Source of the DNA: Candidatus Moranbacteria bacterium GW2011_GWC2_40_12
GTDB taxonomy: Bacteria; Patescibacteriota; Minisyncoccia; Moranbacterales; UBA11712
NCBI GenBank assembly: GCA_000995965.1
Contig: LBYD01000001.1
Location: 76,923-140,922 of the forward strand
Reading direction: 5' to 3'
Length of the DNA stretch: 64,000 bases
The translations under genes and the position numbers were made by a program. The notes beneath the pieces were generated by a model. It ran no database searches and was not told the DNA's origin. It saw only the letters and a program-made list of their open reading frames with translations. Shown here piece by piece: positions 1 to 8,676 of the stretch (within the stretch, counting starts at the first letter, position 1; each line of letters begins with the position of its first letter).

Positions 1-9
1 TTTCCAAAA

Positions 10-1347
10 GTGAATTTTGATGCTTTTGTTCCGGTTGTCACTTTTGCCTGCGTGGCAACGCGCCATGATGTTTTTGATCGGTTCAAATTAAGCGAGAATT
101 TCCTCGAGGAATGCCAGGATACGGATTTTTGCCTGCGGCTTCAAGAATCCGGATTTAAAGTCCTTTATAATCCGGAATGTGAAATATATCATCTGGAAAG
201 CTCTTCGCGCGACTTCCGAAAAGGGGAGGCGGACAGACAGCTTTTGAAAAAAAGATGGGGAAAAAGAATTAATGAAATAATCACCGCCGGTAATCAAAGA
301 GTGAAATTCGAACCGGAAGAATACAAAAATTCCGTCACAATTGTCCGCGACGACGGAATTGGCGATCTTTTGATGGGAGTGAGCGCTTTCAAGAATTTTC
401 GCGAAACCCGCCTTCGCCAAGGCCCGCCTGCAACGATGTTGCAACTTCGGGCAGGCTTCGGCGGGCAAGAATATCCGGAAAGAAAATTGATCCTCGCAAC
501 CTATGAGCGCAACATCGAAATGATGGCGGGCTTTGGCATTTTTGACGAATTTATTCCGATTCCAAATGGGAAAAAATATTCCCCGCTTCCGATCCCGACA
601 GGAGAAGGAGGGAAAATATATAATTTCATTGACCTTGAAATGAGCTTCGGGCCGATTTGGGGCAATGTGAAAAATGACAACAAGATAAACCGCCATTTCG
701 TTTATTCACGAAGAATGGGGCTGGATGAGAATTTCAAGTTAGTCTCGATGCCGGATTATCCGGAGGCGAGAAAAAGAGTGGAGAAACTAATTACTAAAAT
801 AGGTGTTGATATATCCGCCAAAGGCGGATCCGCCTCTGGCGGAAATCAAAAGTTTGTCGTGTTCAATCTTGGTGCCTCCAACCCCGCCCGGAGCTGGTGG
901 GGGCCGTATTATCCGAAATTGATCGAAGCGGTTGAAAAAATGGGATTCACGCCGCTTATCCTGGGAACGAAAGACAGCGAATATTATAAAGGCGAAAAAG
1001 TAGTAAATCTGGTCGGGAAAACAAAAACAATCACGGAATTTATCGAAGCCCTGAAACTTGGAAAATACGTGATTTCCGCTGACACTAGCGCAACCCACAT
1101 CGCGGCTCTCGCCGGAATTCCGTTTCTGGCCATTTTCACCGGCGGAATGACACCGGAATCTCGTCTCAATCTTTACGAAAAATACGAAGTGCTGGCTCCG
1201 CCCAAGAGCCTCAAATGCTATCCCTGCTGGGATGAAGGCTGCAAAGATTTGTCGGTCCGATGGAAAAAAGACCCCTGCCGGCTTCTGATCAAACCGGAAG
1301 AAGTGATTGATAAATTCAAGAAGCTTGTCGAAAAATATCCAAGATAA
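10..1347 (+). CDS. Two-domain glycosyltransferase, 5-prime partial (continues upstream of window): C-terminal part of a GT2 domain fused to a GT9 (heptosyltransferase-like) domain
   Basis: The ORF is open to the window edge. Segment DTDFCLRLQESGFKVLYNPECEIYHLES looks like a GT2 C-terminus. Later, FVVFNLGASNPARSWW...GKTKTITEFIEALKLGKYVISADTSATHIAALAGIPFLAIFTGGMTPES matches the GT9 ADP-heptose transferase signature. It lies adjacent to the ADP-heptose genes. Confidence 0.6.
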   Translation: MNFDAFVPVVTFACVATRHDVFDRFKLSENFLEECQDTDFCLRLQESGFKVLYNPECEIYHLESSSRDFRKGEADRQLLKKRWGKRINEIITAGNQRVKFEPEEYKNSVTIVRDDGIGDLLMGVSAFKNFRETRLRQGPPATMLQLRAGFGGQEYPERKLILATYERNIEMMAGFGIFDEFIPIPNGKKYSPLPIPTGEGGKIYNFIDLEMSFGPIWGNVKNDNKINRHFVYSRRMGLDENFKLVSMPDYPEARKRVEKLITKIGVDISAKGGSASGGNQKFVVFNLGASNPARSWWGPYYPKLIEAVEKMGFTPLILGTKDSEYYKGEKVVNLVGKTKTITEFIEALKLGKYVISADTSATHIAALAGIPFLAIFTGGMTPESRLNLYEKYEVLAPPKSLKCYPCWDEGCKDLSVRWKKDPCRLLIKPEEVIDKFKKLVEKYPR

Positions 1348-1369
1348 TATAAAAATTAAAAAAATAAAA

Positions 1370-2275
1370 ATGTGTAACAAAAAAAAGTTGCTTATTCTTT
1401 TGGTAGCGGCTTTTTCTTTCGTGCTTTTCTCAAATAAATCATTTGCCGTCACATTTGCCGTTATGGGCGATACACAAAGTTTCGAAGCTGGAAATGCGAA
1501 TGGTGCTCTGCAAAAGGCGGCAAAAAAGATAAAAAGAAAGAAAATCCGGGCGGCAATTGTAATGGGGGATTTGAAAAGTGACTGCTATAATGACACTACT
1601 TGCCTTTCATATTTCAACAACTGGAAAAGCGCGATATCTCCGATTTATAGAAAAACATATCCGGTGATGGGGAATCATGACAGGACGTATTCCGGGGCTG
1701 ACGCCATTTGGCAATCCGTTTTCAAGCTCCCGACCAATGGTCCAGAAAACTACTCCGAATTGTCATATGCTTTCAACAAGGGCAATTCTCATTTCGTTGT
1801 TCTGAACAGCTCCAAACCGGATAGCTATATCATTGATTCAAATCAGCGCAATTGGCTGGAGCAAGATCTTTCAAGAAATAGAAAAAAGAATATATTTGTT
1901 TTTTATCACATGCCGGCATTCCCGGTAAGTTCGCATATTGGGAGCGCGCTCGATCTATATCCAGAAGAACGAGATGCGCTGTGGAAAATTTTAGACCGAC
2001 ATAAGGTAACAGCTGTTTTTTCCGGACACGAACATCTTTTTGTTAGAAAAAAAATTGATTCGTCCGTTTTTTTGAGCGCGTCAAATTCAATTTATCAGTT
2101 CACGGTTGGGAACACAGACACATCAGCCTATCCTCCGCCACAAGAGGGCTCAAGTGAATACTATTATCTCGACAAACATTTCTTGATCGTAAAAGCGAAA
2201 AACAAAAAAATAACTACCGAACTATATTCAGCGGTTACTGGAAAAAAAATCAACACTTTTTCGTTCAAGAGATGA
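1370..2275 (+). CDS. Secreted calcineurin-like metallophosphoesterase
   Basis: ATG at 1370 follows an A-rich leader. N-terminal hydrophobic signal is KKLLILLVAAFSFVLF. Motifs GDTQ, GDL, GNHD and GHEH are typical of the metallophosphatase fold. Confidence 0.65.
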   Translation: MCNKKKLLILLVAAFSFVLFSNKSFAVTFAVMGDTQSFEAGNANGALQKAAKKIKRKKIRAAIVMGDLKSDCYNDTTCLSYFNNWKSAISPIYRKTYPVMGNHDRTYSGADAIWQSVFKLPTNGPENYSELSYAFNKGNSHFVVLNSSKPDSYIIDSNQRNWLEQDLSRNRKKNIFVFYHMPAFPVSSHIGSALDLYPEERDALWKILDRHKVTAVFSGHEHLFVRKKIDSSVFLSASNSIYQFTVGNTDTSAYPPPQEGSSEYYYLDKHFLIVKAKNKKITTELYSAVTGKKINTFSFKR

Positions 2276-2761
2276 TTATTTCTCTGCTTTTATTTTTTCT
2301 TCGATAAGCGAAGTCGAAAGGGGAATATCTTCTTTGGGAACGAGGAAAAGCTCTCCGCCATACTGGTCGAGGACTTCCGTTTCGACGCATTTTGTTCCGT
2401 ATTCGGCGCTGTTGGCGTGGACATCCGGGCGGATTTTTTCGAGCCACGAGTTGGGGATGAGGTCGTCGAAAAGAAAAACATAGTCCACATACATTATCGC
2501 CGCTAGAAGCTCTGCCCGGTATTTGTCGGGAATGATGGGCCGTCCCGGCTTTTTTTTGTATTCTTTCACGGACTTGTCGCTGTTCACGCCGACAATCAGA
2601 AGATCTCCTCTTTCTTTCGCTTTTTTGAGAAGGTCGATATGTCCGGCGTGAAAAAGGTCAAAAGAGCCGTTGGTTGTGACAATTTTTTTGCCTTCCTTTT
2701 TCGCTTCAGCGGCGATTTGCAGAATTTCGTCAAGCGATTTTATTTTTTCTTTGTGATTCAT
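2276..2761 (-). CDS. hldC: D-beta-D-heptose 1-phosphate adenylyltransferase (stand-alone HldE domain II / RfaE2)
   Basis: TNGSFDLFHAGHIDLL is the HxGH nucleotidyltransferase motif of the cytidylyltransferase-like family. Size is 161 aa. It sits in a cluster with gmhA, gmhB and the heptose kinase. Confidence 0.75.
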   Translation of the reverse strand: MNHKEKIKSLDEILQIAAEAKKEGKKIVTTNGSFDLFHAGHIDLLKKAKERGDLLIVGVNSDKSVKEYKKKPGRPIIPDKYRAELLAAIMYVDYVFLFDDLIPNSWLEKIRPDVHANSAEYGTKCVETEVLDQYGGELFLVPKEDIPLSTSLIEEKIKAEK

Positions 2762-2768
2762 ATGCTTT

Positions 2769-2801
2769 TACGAATTACGAATCAATTACGAATATACGAA
2801 T
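2769..2801. repeat. (TACGAAT)4 tandem heptamers in the 5-prime leader of hldC
   Basis: tTACGAATTACGAATcaatTACGAATaTACGAATtat begins 7 nt upstream of the hldC start codon (minus strand). It is a member of the window-wide ATTCGTAAT motif family. Confidence 0.6.
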
Positions 2802-2803
2802 TA

Positions 2804-3352
2804 TTATTTTTGCACAATAAATTTGGCCGCGTCGAGCAGGTCTTCGGCGATATATTCTACGTCCGTCTTGTGCTTTTCATCCGAGCCGCCCTTACCCGTT
2901 TTGACGAGGATTGATCTGATCCCGAAATTTTTTCCGCACTTCACGTCGGCCCATTTGTCTCCGATCATCCAGGAATTCGCATTGTCAATTTCAAAATCTT
3001 TTTCGGCCTGTTCAAGCATTCCAGGAGCAGGCTTTCGGCAATTTGAAGTTTTCTTGTATTTTCCAATTCCTTCGGGATGGTAGGGGGAAAAGTATGTTTT
3101 CAGAATTTCTATTCCGTTTTTTTTGAGTTCTTTTTCAACGTGGTTGTTGAAATTCCAAAAATCTTTCTCCGCATAATAGCCCCGGCCGATGCCTGACTGG
3201 TTGGTGATGATAATGAAATGAAATCCGTTTTGTTCAAGAATTTTCAGGCCGGGAATCACGTTTTTTTCAAATTCAAAATCTTCTATTTTATAAACATAAT
3301 TATGGTCGACATTGATCACCCCGTCGCGGTCGAGGAAAATTATTTTTTTCAT
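2804..3352 (-). CDS. gmhB: D-glycero-D-manno-heptose 1,7-bisphosphate phosphatase (HAD superfamily)
   Basis: HAD motif I is IIFLDRDGVIN. NCRKPAPGM and GDKWADVKCG are the GmhB/histidinol-phosphatase-like motifs. Confidence 0.75.
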   Translation of the reverse strand: MKKIIFLDRDGVINVDHNYVYKIEDFEFEKNVIPGLKILEQNGFHFIIITNQSGIGRGYYAEKDFWNFNNHVEKELKKNGIEILKTYFSPYHPEGIGKYKKTSNCRKPAPGMLEQAEKDFEIDNANSWMIGDKWADVKCGKNFGIRSILVKTGKGGSDEKHKTDVEYIAEDLLDAAKFIVQK

Positions 3353-3397
3353 AAGTTATCTGAAATTCAATGCCGGGGGAACCCCAACATTGAAAGT

Positions 3398-4435
3398 TTA
3401 CTCTCCGATCCAATCCAGAAGTTCTTCTTTCGTCACCACTGAAGTCCCGAATTTGCGGATGGCGACCTGCGAAGCGGCAGTGGCAAGCTCCAATGCTTCG
3501 TGCATTTTCGCGCCGCCGGCATAGGAAGCGATGAGCAATGCGGCGACTGTGTCTCCGGCTCCGGCGATGTCGAATTGCTCTTCGACTTCCCGGGGCCGGA
3601 CGAAATAGGGTTCTTTTCGGGGTTCGAAATAAACCGTTCCTTTTTTTCCTCGGGTGATGAAAATATGGATCGGAATTTCTTTCTGAATTATGCTCGCGAT
3701 CTCGATGATTTCGCTGTCCGTGGTTCCGTCTTTGTCAAAACCACTCATTATTTTGGCCGTTTCAACTGATTCCACCCGGTTGGGTTTCAGGAAGAACAGT
3801 TCGGGATTTTTGATGAAGCTTTTGAATTTCACGAAGGTGTTTTGTTTGAGATCGGCGAAAATTGGAATATTTTTTTCGCTTGAAATGTCAATAATTTTCT
3901 TGAAAACTTTTTCCGTGAGAAATCCCTTTGCGTAATCATGGACGGAAATAACAGCCGGGTTCATTTCTTTGGCAAGGCTTTCGAGATATGCCGATATCTC
4001 ATTTTCTTTTTCCTTGTTCAAGGGGCGGGTATCCTCCATATCTACCCGGGCAACATGCTGGGTAGTGGTTTTTATCGCCTTCACCCTCAATTTGAGGGTT
4101 GTTTTGCGGTCCGCATCAAGGCTGAAATGGGTGATTATTCCGCATTTTTTGTATTCTTCTTCCATCACTTCTGTATATCTTATTCTTCCTTTTTCACCAA
4201 TGACACCAACGAGGTGCGGCGTGAGGCCAATCGCTGCCATGCAATTCGCCGCGTTTCCGGCGCCCCCCGGAAAAAATTGCTCATCCTCCACCGCGATCAC
4301 GGGAACAGGAGCTTCCTGGGAAAATCTTTCGACGGGGCCGGTGAGATAAGCGTCAAGCATCACGTCGCCGCAGGCCAATACTGGCGCGTCTTTAGCATTT
4401 TTCAGGATTTTTTTGGCTCTTTCTATTGTTAGCAT
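3398..4435 (-). CDS. hldA: D-beta-D-heptose 7-phosphate kinase (PfkB/ribokinase family; stand-alone HldE domain I / RfaE1)
   Basis: PfkB signatures are GGAGNAAN and DIAGAGDTVAA (DTxGAGD). Length is 345 aa. It lies in the heptose cluster between gmhB and gmhA. Confidence 0.7.
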   Translation of the reverse strand: MLTIERAKKILKNAKDAPVLACGDVMLDAYLTGPVERFSQEAPVPVIAVEDEQFFPGGAGNAANCMAAIGLTPHLVGVIGEKGRIRYTEVMEEEYKKCGIITHFSLDADRKTTLKLRVKAIKTTTQHVARVDMEDTRPLNKEKENEISAYLESLAKEMNPAVISVHDYAKGFLTEKVFKKIIDISSEKNIPIFADLKQNTFVKFKSFIKNPELFFLKPNRVESVETAKIMSGFDKDGTTDSEIIEIASIIQKEIPIHIFITRGKKGTVYFEPRKEPYFVRPREVEEQFDIAGAGDTVAALLIASYAGGAKMHEALELATAASQVAIRKFGTSVVTKEELLDWIGE

Positions 4436-4549
4436 AAAAATGGAACGAAAATTCTAAACCCCAAGCTCAAAATTCTAAACAATTTCAAAATTAAAACGGA
4501 CGAAATTCAAAAGAGTATTGAAAACTTAGATTCTGGCATTTGGAGTTAT

Positions 4550-5125
4550 TTAGGATTTACTGAAGAAATATTTCTCAACTTCTTCGCAGATCCAGTGGAT
4601 TGCCATCAAGTGGATTTCCTGAATAAGGGGTATATCCCTTGACGGAATAATAATCGCGGCATCAGCCAAATTTTTCATTTTCCCCCCGTCATTTCCAAGG
4701 AGGGCTATGTTCTTGACCCCTTTCTTTTTAGCAGATTCCATGGCTTTTAGGCAATTGCCTGAATTTCCGCTGGTGCTGATAGAAAACAGGACATCATTTT
4801 CCCCTCCCAAACTTTCGACGAAGCGGAAAAATATGCCCTCGTAGCCGTAATCATTTCCGACGGCGGTCGTCGTTGCCAGATCGTACAAAGATATCGCGGG
4901 CAAAGCCGGCCGGTCAAAAGCAAAGCGTCCGACAAATTCTCCGACCATATGCGAGGCTTGTGTTGCGCTTCCTCCGTTCCCGCAGGTCATCAACTTTCCT
5001 CTGTTTTCTAGCGATTTGACAATAGTATTGCGCGCAGATTCGAGAGAATCCAGAAAAACTTTGTCTTTTGCCAGCAAATTTTGCAATTCGGCCGATTGCT
5101 TGAGCTTATTTTGCATTGATTTCAT
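4550..5125 (-). CDS. gmhA: Phosphoheptose isomerase (SIS domain)
   Basis: SIS-domain motifs are CGNGGSATQASH and ISTSGNS. Size is 191 aa. Confidence 0.8.
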   Translation of the reverse strand: MKSMQNKLKQSAELQNLLAKDKVFLDSLESARNTIVKSLENRGKLMTCGNGGSATQASHMVGEFVGRFAFDRPALPAISLYDLATTTAVGNDYGYEGIFFRFVESLGGENDVLFSISTSGNSGNCLKAMESAKKKGVKNIALLGNDGGKMKNLADAAIIIPSRDIPLIQEIHLMAIHWICEEVEKYFFSKS

Positions 5126-5175
5126 ATTTACTGTATAATTATATCAGCCAAACATAGCTTTATTAAAACAAAAAA

Positions 5176-5925
5176 ATGGACAAAAGACAAATCAGCAGCG
5201 TGATTATTGTCGCGCTGGCGATCACTTTCATCGGAGCTTCAGTCGCGAGCTCGAAAATCAAGACGCTGAAGAAAATAAAGGCGGGAAGCATCACGAATCC
5301 CTATATTGCCGACGGTGCGGTGAATTCCGCCAAAATCCAGGATGGGACAGTTTCGAACGCCGATTATTCCGACAATTCCGTCACAACCGGGAAAATAGCG
5401 GATGGAGAGGTCAGCACGGACGATCTCGCGAATAATGCGGTAACAACAGGAAAAATTTCGGATGGGACGATCGCGGCAGGGGATTTGGCTGATAGCTCGG
5501 TGACTTCGGCAAAAATTTCGGACGGAGCTATTGTCAACACGGATATAAATTCCTCGGCGGCCATCGCCGGAACGAAAATTTCGCCAAATTTTGGAAGCCA
5601 GGATGTGACAACAACGGAAGATGTTAACGCGACAAACGGTGCCGGTAATTTCTTAAGAGTAACAGTCGGAGATACCCTTGCTGGAACAGGTGGCGGACTG
5701 TATGTCGATGACGAGCTTACCGCTAACGGACTTCAAATAAATCCTTCTGATGCGTCAACAGGTGACGCAGATTCAGCAACTACGCCAACCGATGAAACAT
5801 GCAATAGTAATAATTGGGGAACTTATGAATTTGTGGATGACACGGACAGTCCCGCTGGATGGCTGTGGATTTGCCAGCGATCCGGTCCCGATACCTATGC
5901 ATGGGTGAGAGTAAGCGGCCCTTGA
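5176..5925 (+). CDS. Membrane-anchored surface protein with about 9 tandem decapeptide repeats (consensus xSVTTGKIxDGxV), Ser/Thr/Asp-rich; candidate glycoprotein
   Basis: N-terminal TM anchor is VIIVALAITFIGASVA. Repeats of the form GAVNSAKIQDGTV, NSVTTGKIADGEV, NAVTTGKISDGTI and SSVTSAKISDGAI are visible. A strong terminator follows the gene. Confidence 0.6.
   Translation: MDKRQISSVIIVALAITFIGASVASSKIKTLKKIKAGSITNPYIADGAVNSAKIQDGTVSNADYSDNSVTTGKIADGEVSTDDLANNAVTTGKISDGTIAAGDLADSSVTSAKISDGAIVNTDINSSAAIAGTKISPNFGSQDVTTTEDVNATNGAGNFLRVTVGDTLAGTGGGLYVDDELTANGLQINPSDASTGDADSATTPTDETCNSNNWGTYEFVDDTDSPAGWLWICQRSGPDTYAWVRVSGP
5300..5580 (+). repeat. In-frame ~30-33 bp tandem coding repeats (about 9 copies) inside the surface-protein gene
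   Basis: The DNA repeats aaaaatttcggatgggacg / aaaaatttcggacggagct and similar units, encoding the KIxDGxV decapeptide. Confidence 0.5.
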
Positions 5926-5970
5926 TTTGTTTGATTTAATTCGATTGGAATTGGCTTGGTTATTCAAAAT

Positions 5971-6004
5971 AAAAAAGGCCCGATGCTTTATCGGGTCTTT
6001 TTTG
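5971..6004. terminator. Bidirectional rho-independent terminator between convergent genes
   Basis: aaaaaaGGCCCGAtgctttaTCGGGTCtttttt is a GC hairpin with an A-run on one side and a T-run on the other. Confidence 0.6.
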
Positions 6005-6005
6005 A

Positions 6006-6938
6006 CTATTTGTTATTGTTTTTCTGAAACCACTCGTATGTTTTCCTAATTCCCGTTTTGAAGTCGGTTTTTGGCGTCCATCTAAAATTCTCTTTTATTT
6101 TCGCGTAGGAAAGGCAGCTGGTTTTTTGCTCGCCGATTTTGGCTGGTCCGTGAACTTCTTTGAATTTTTTTCCGAAATACTTGTTTATTTCTCGGAATAT
6201 GCCGTTTACACTCGTTTCTTTGCCGGTGCTGGCATTATATATTCCTACTTTGTCGAATTTTTCAAGCGCCTGCAGATTTGCCGAAGTTATATCGTCAATG
6301 AAAATGAAGTCCCTCGTTTGTTTTCCACTTCCGTTGATTACGGGTTGCTTTCCATTCATCATCATGTGGAGAAAAATCGCAATTACATTTACTTCTCCAT
6401 GGGGGTTTTGCCGCGGTCCATACACATTCGGATAGCGAAGAGCGGCAAATTTCAGCCCGTGGACCTTGTTGGCATAATGCAAGAATTTTTCAACGGAAAG
6501 CTTTCCAACTCCGTAGGGAGAGACGGGCCAAGGCTCGACGGTTTCCGGAGTGGGGAGGACGCGCGTGTCGCCGTAGAGGGCACCGCCGGTTGACGAAAAT
6601 ATGAATTTTTTGACTTTGTATCGGCAGGCGAGTTCAATAAGATTCATGCTTGCCAAAATATTATTATTCCCTTCGAAAAGGGGATCGGCGACGGATTTTC
6701 GAAGGTCTATTTGCGCCGCGAGATGGAAAATGACCTCCGGTTTTTCTTTTTTGACGGTAGCTTCAGTTTTTTTGTGATTGGTGAGGTCAGCTTTGAAAAA
6801 TTTTGCCTCGGGATTGATATTTTTCTCAAATCCGGTGGAAAGATTATCAATCACCAAAACCCGATGCTTCTTTTCAACAAGAGCATCGACCAGATGCGAA
6901 CCAATGAATCCCGCGCCTCCCGTGACCAAGATTTTCAT
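6006..6938 (-). CDS. NAD-dependent sugar-nucleotide epimerase/dehydratase (extended SDR; GalE/UXS-like, HldD-like not excluded)
   Basis: The Rossmann motif VTGGAGFIGSHL is present. The catalytic YGVGK (YxxxK) and NVYGPRQ motifs are present. Confidence 0.8.
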   Translation of the reverse strand: MKILVTGGAGFIGSHLVDALVEKKHRVLVIDNLSTGFEKNINPEAKFFKADLTNHKKTEATVKKEKPEVIFHLAAQIDLRKSVADPLFEGNNNILASMNLIELACRYKVKKFIFSSTGGALYGDTRVLPTPETVEPWPVSPYGVGKLSVEKFLHYANKVHGLKFAALRYPNVYGPRQNPHGEVNVIAIFLHMMMNGKQPVINGSGKQTRDFIFIDDITSANLQALEKFDKVGIYNASTGKETSVNGIFREINKYFGKKFKEVHGPAKIGEQKTSCLSYAKIKENFRWTPKTDFKTGIRKTYEWFQKNNNK

Positions 6939-6989
6939 AGTGTTTTTTCCAAAGCTAAGCTTTCGGATTTTCCTAAAGCTCAGCTTTTT

Positions 6990-8582
6990 TTATTTTATCT
7001 TCCAAATGATTGAAATGGTTTTCGACTCGATATTTTGCGCGAGACCCCATTTTTTTTCAGACGGTTCCAGAAAATTGTTATCTATTTCAATTACATCGAA
7101 AGTCCTGCTTTTGACCAGATCGGTATACCAAGTTTTTTCTTCAGCGACGGGTCCCAGGATAAAGATGTTCTCATAGCCATTCTGGTCGATGTATTTCAGG
7201 TCATCTGCGTTAAAAAAATAGACGGCTTTTTTGCCAAAAAGAGATGTCATGGGATCGCTAAGAAGCGAGAATCCGCTGCCAGTGGCCATTCGATCGACCA
7301 AAATCAGATCATTCGGGCCGAATTTTTCGGCTATTTTTTCAATTTGGGGCAAAAGATCTCTATTTTCCGAAAGAGTGAGAAAGCGCCAGCTCACGACGAC
7401 GTTTGCCGTGATAAGGGCCGCAAGGGTGATATAGAGAAATATTTTGTGATAGAAAAACCGGTTGAGAAAATATATCGAGTAAAAAATCAGGATTGGAAAA
7501 ACGGCAAAAACGAACCGGCGCAGCATCCACGGGTCATCAAGAGAAATCATCGGTGAAATAAGATAGAAAAAAGCCGGAAAAGTGAGGAGTATTGGAATAT
7601 ATTCCGGCTTTAGCCAGTTTTTTTTCACTTTTTTTGCGAGCCAGCCGATTCCAGCGAGACCAAGAATGAGATAAGCCAAAATGTTATAGCTCAAAAACAC
7701 AGTCGCGAGATGCGAATACAGGCCAGATGAGGGTGCGGAATCTTTGGTTGAGTCGGGCAGAAAAGCTTTTGTGAAATTTTTGGCGCTGTCAGTCAGATCA
7801 TGATAATTCAGAAAAATATAGAGGGCAGAGAGCAACAATGTGGAAATTAGCAGATATTTTATGAAATTTTTTGAAAGCGGGATTGTATTTTTTCTGTTAA
7901 GGAAATAAATATAGCCGGCGGCAAGGAGATAAAAAACTATTCCCTCGATTCTGGTGAGCGCCGAAAGAGCGAAAAAGAGCAAAGAAATTTGCAGAAAGCG
8001 GTTATCCATATTTTTAGACGTTGGACGTCTAAAAGAAAGCAGAAAATAAATTCCCGCCCAGACGAGAAAAAGCATGAAGATTTCCGTGAGCGCGTATTTG
8101 GCAAACCAAGGGAAAGGAAAAAAAGTCGCGGCGATGAGAAACCCGAGAAGGGAAACTTTCTCGGAAAAAAACTGGCGAAGTGCGAGCCAAAATAATACCA
8201 GAAACAAAGCCAGGTGGAGGAAGTTGGCATACTGGATTCCCTTCAATCCCAACGCGGCATAAAAAACGGCCAGATAGGCGATAAAAGCTTTTGGGAAGCG
8301 GGTTATCAGCTTTCCATCCTTGGTATAGTCAAAACCGGGGAAGTTGAGGGCTCTGCCTTGCCCGTATTTTTGAAATAAGTCGTTTGATGAGGGAGCGGAG
8401 AAAACAAATGATTTGTGTTTTACGAGATCGATCGCGGCGGTTGCGATGGCGCCCTGATCTCGCCCCCCGAAAACAGTTGGAGTCGCGAAATAGCAAGTCG
8501 TGAAAGAAATAGCAAGAGAAATTGCGATGACTACGAGAAAATAATTCCTGTTTCCCTTTTTTTTGGGAGATTGGTGTTCCAT
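6990..8582 (-). CDS. Polytopic GT-C-type glycosyltransferase (PMT/ArnT-like, GT39/GT83-like) with C-terminal extracytoplasmic domain
   Basis: The start is placed at the ATG giving MEHQSPKKKGNRNYFLVVIAISL, since the longer ORF extends into a promoter-like region. More than 10 predicted TM helices. A GGRDQGAIATAAIDL loop-1 motif follows TM1. The gene is divergent from a GtrB-like GT2. Confidence 0.6.
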   Translation of the reverse strand: MEHQSPKKKGNRNYFLVVIAISLAISFTTCYFATPTVFGGRDQGAIATAAIDLVKHKSFVFSAPSSNDLFQKYGQGRALNFPGFDYTKDGKLITRFPKAFIAYLAVFYAALGLKGIQYANFLHLALFLVLFWLALRQFFSEKVSLLGFLIAATFFPFPWFAKYALTEIFMLFLVWAGIYFLLSFRRPTSKNMDNRFLQISLLFFALSALTRIEGIVFYLLAAGYIYFLNRKNTIPLSKNFIKYLLISTLLLSALYIFLNYHDLTDSAKNFTKAFLPDSTKDSAPSSGLYSHLATVFLSYNILAYLILGLAGIGWLAKKVKKNWLKPEYIPILLTFPAFFYLISPMISLDDPWMLRRFVFAVFPILIFYSIYFLNRFFYHKIFLYITLAALITANVVVSWRFLTLSENRDLLPQIEKIAEKFGPNDLILVDRMATGSGFSLLSDPMTSLFGKKAVYFFNADDLKYIDQNGYENIFILGPVAEEKTWYTDLVKSRTFDVIEIDNNFLEPSEKKWGLAQNIESKTISIIWKIK

Positions 8583-8593
8583 TGTATTTCTTA

Positions 8594-8622
8594 TTGACAA
8601 AAGTATAGTAATGTTATAGAAT
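8594..8622 (+). promoter_or_regulatory. Sigma-70-like promoter TTGACA-N17-TAGAAT
   Basis: ttattGACAaaagtatagtaatgttaTAGAATat gives a consensus -35 with exact 17-bp spacing to a good -10. It lies in the divergent region between the GT-C gene and the + strand operon. Confidence 0.45.
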
Positions 8623-8676
8623 ATAGTTTCAAAATTAACAAAAAAACAATAAATGAAAAGGGAGGCAGGCCGGTCA

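Noticed and set aside
88-1452. Reverse-strand ORFs (88..696, 501..683, 787..1452, 984..1169) inside the GT2-GT9 gene
   Set aside because: They lie antisense within a well-supported coding region and show no motifs or start signals. They are shadow ORFs typical of AT-rich DNA.
6006-6938. SDR epimerase as the missing ADP-heptose 6-epimerase HldD
   Set aside because: The YxxxK and NVYGPR motifs are equally compatible with GalE/UXS-type UDP-sugar enzymes. I cannot assign HldD without phylogeny, so I left it generic.
7035-7556. Forward ORFs (6711..7013, 6778..7176, 7035..7556, 7231..7434) antisense to the GT-C gene
   Set aside because: The membrane-protein reading frame on the minus strand is continuous and hydrophobic. 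The antisense ORFs are low-complexity.
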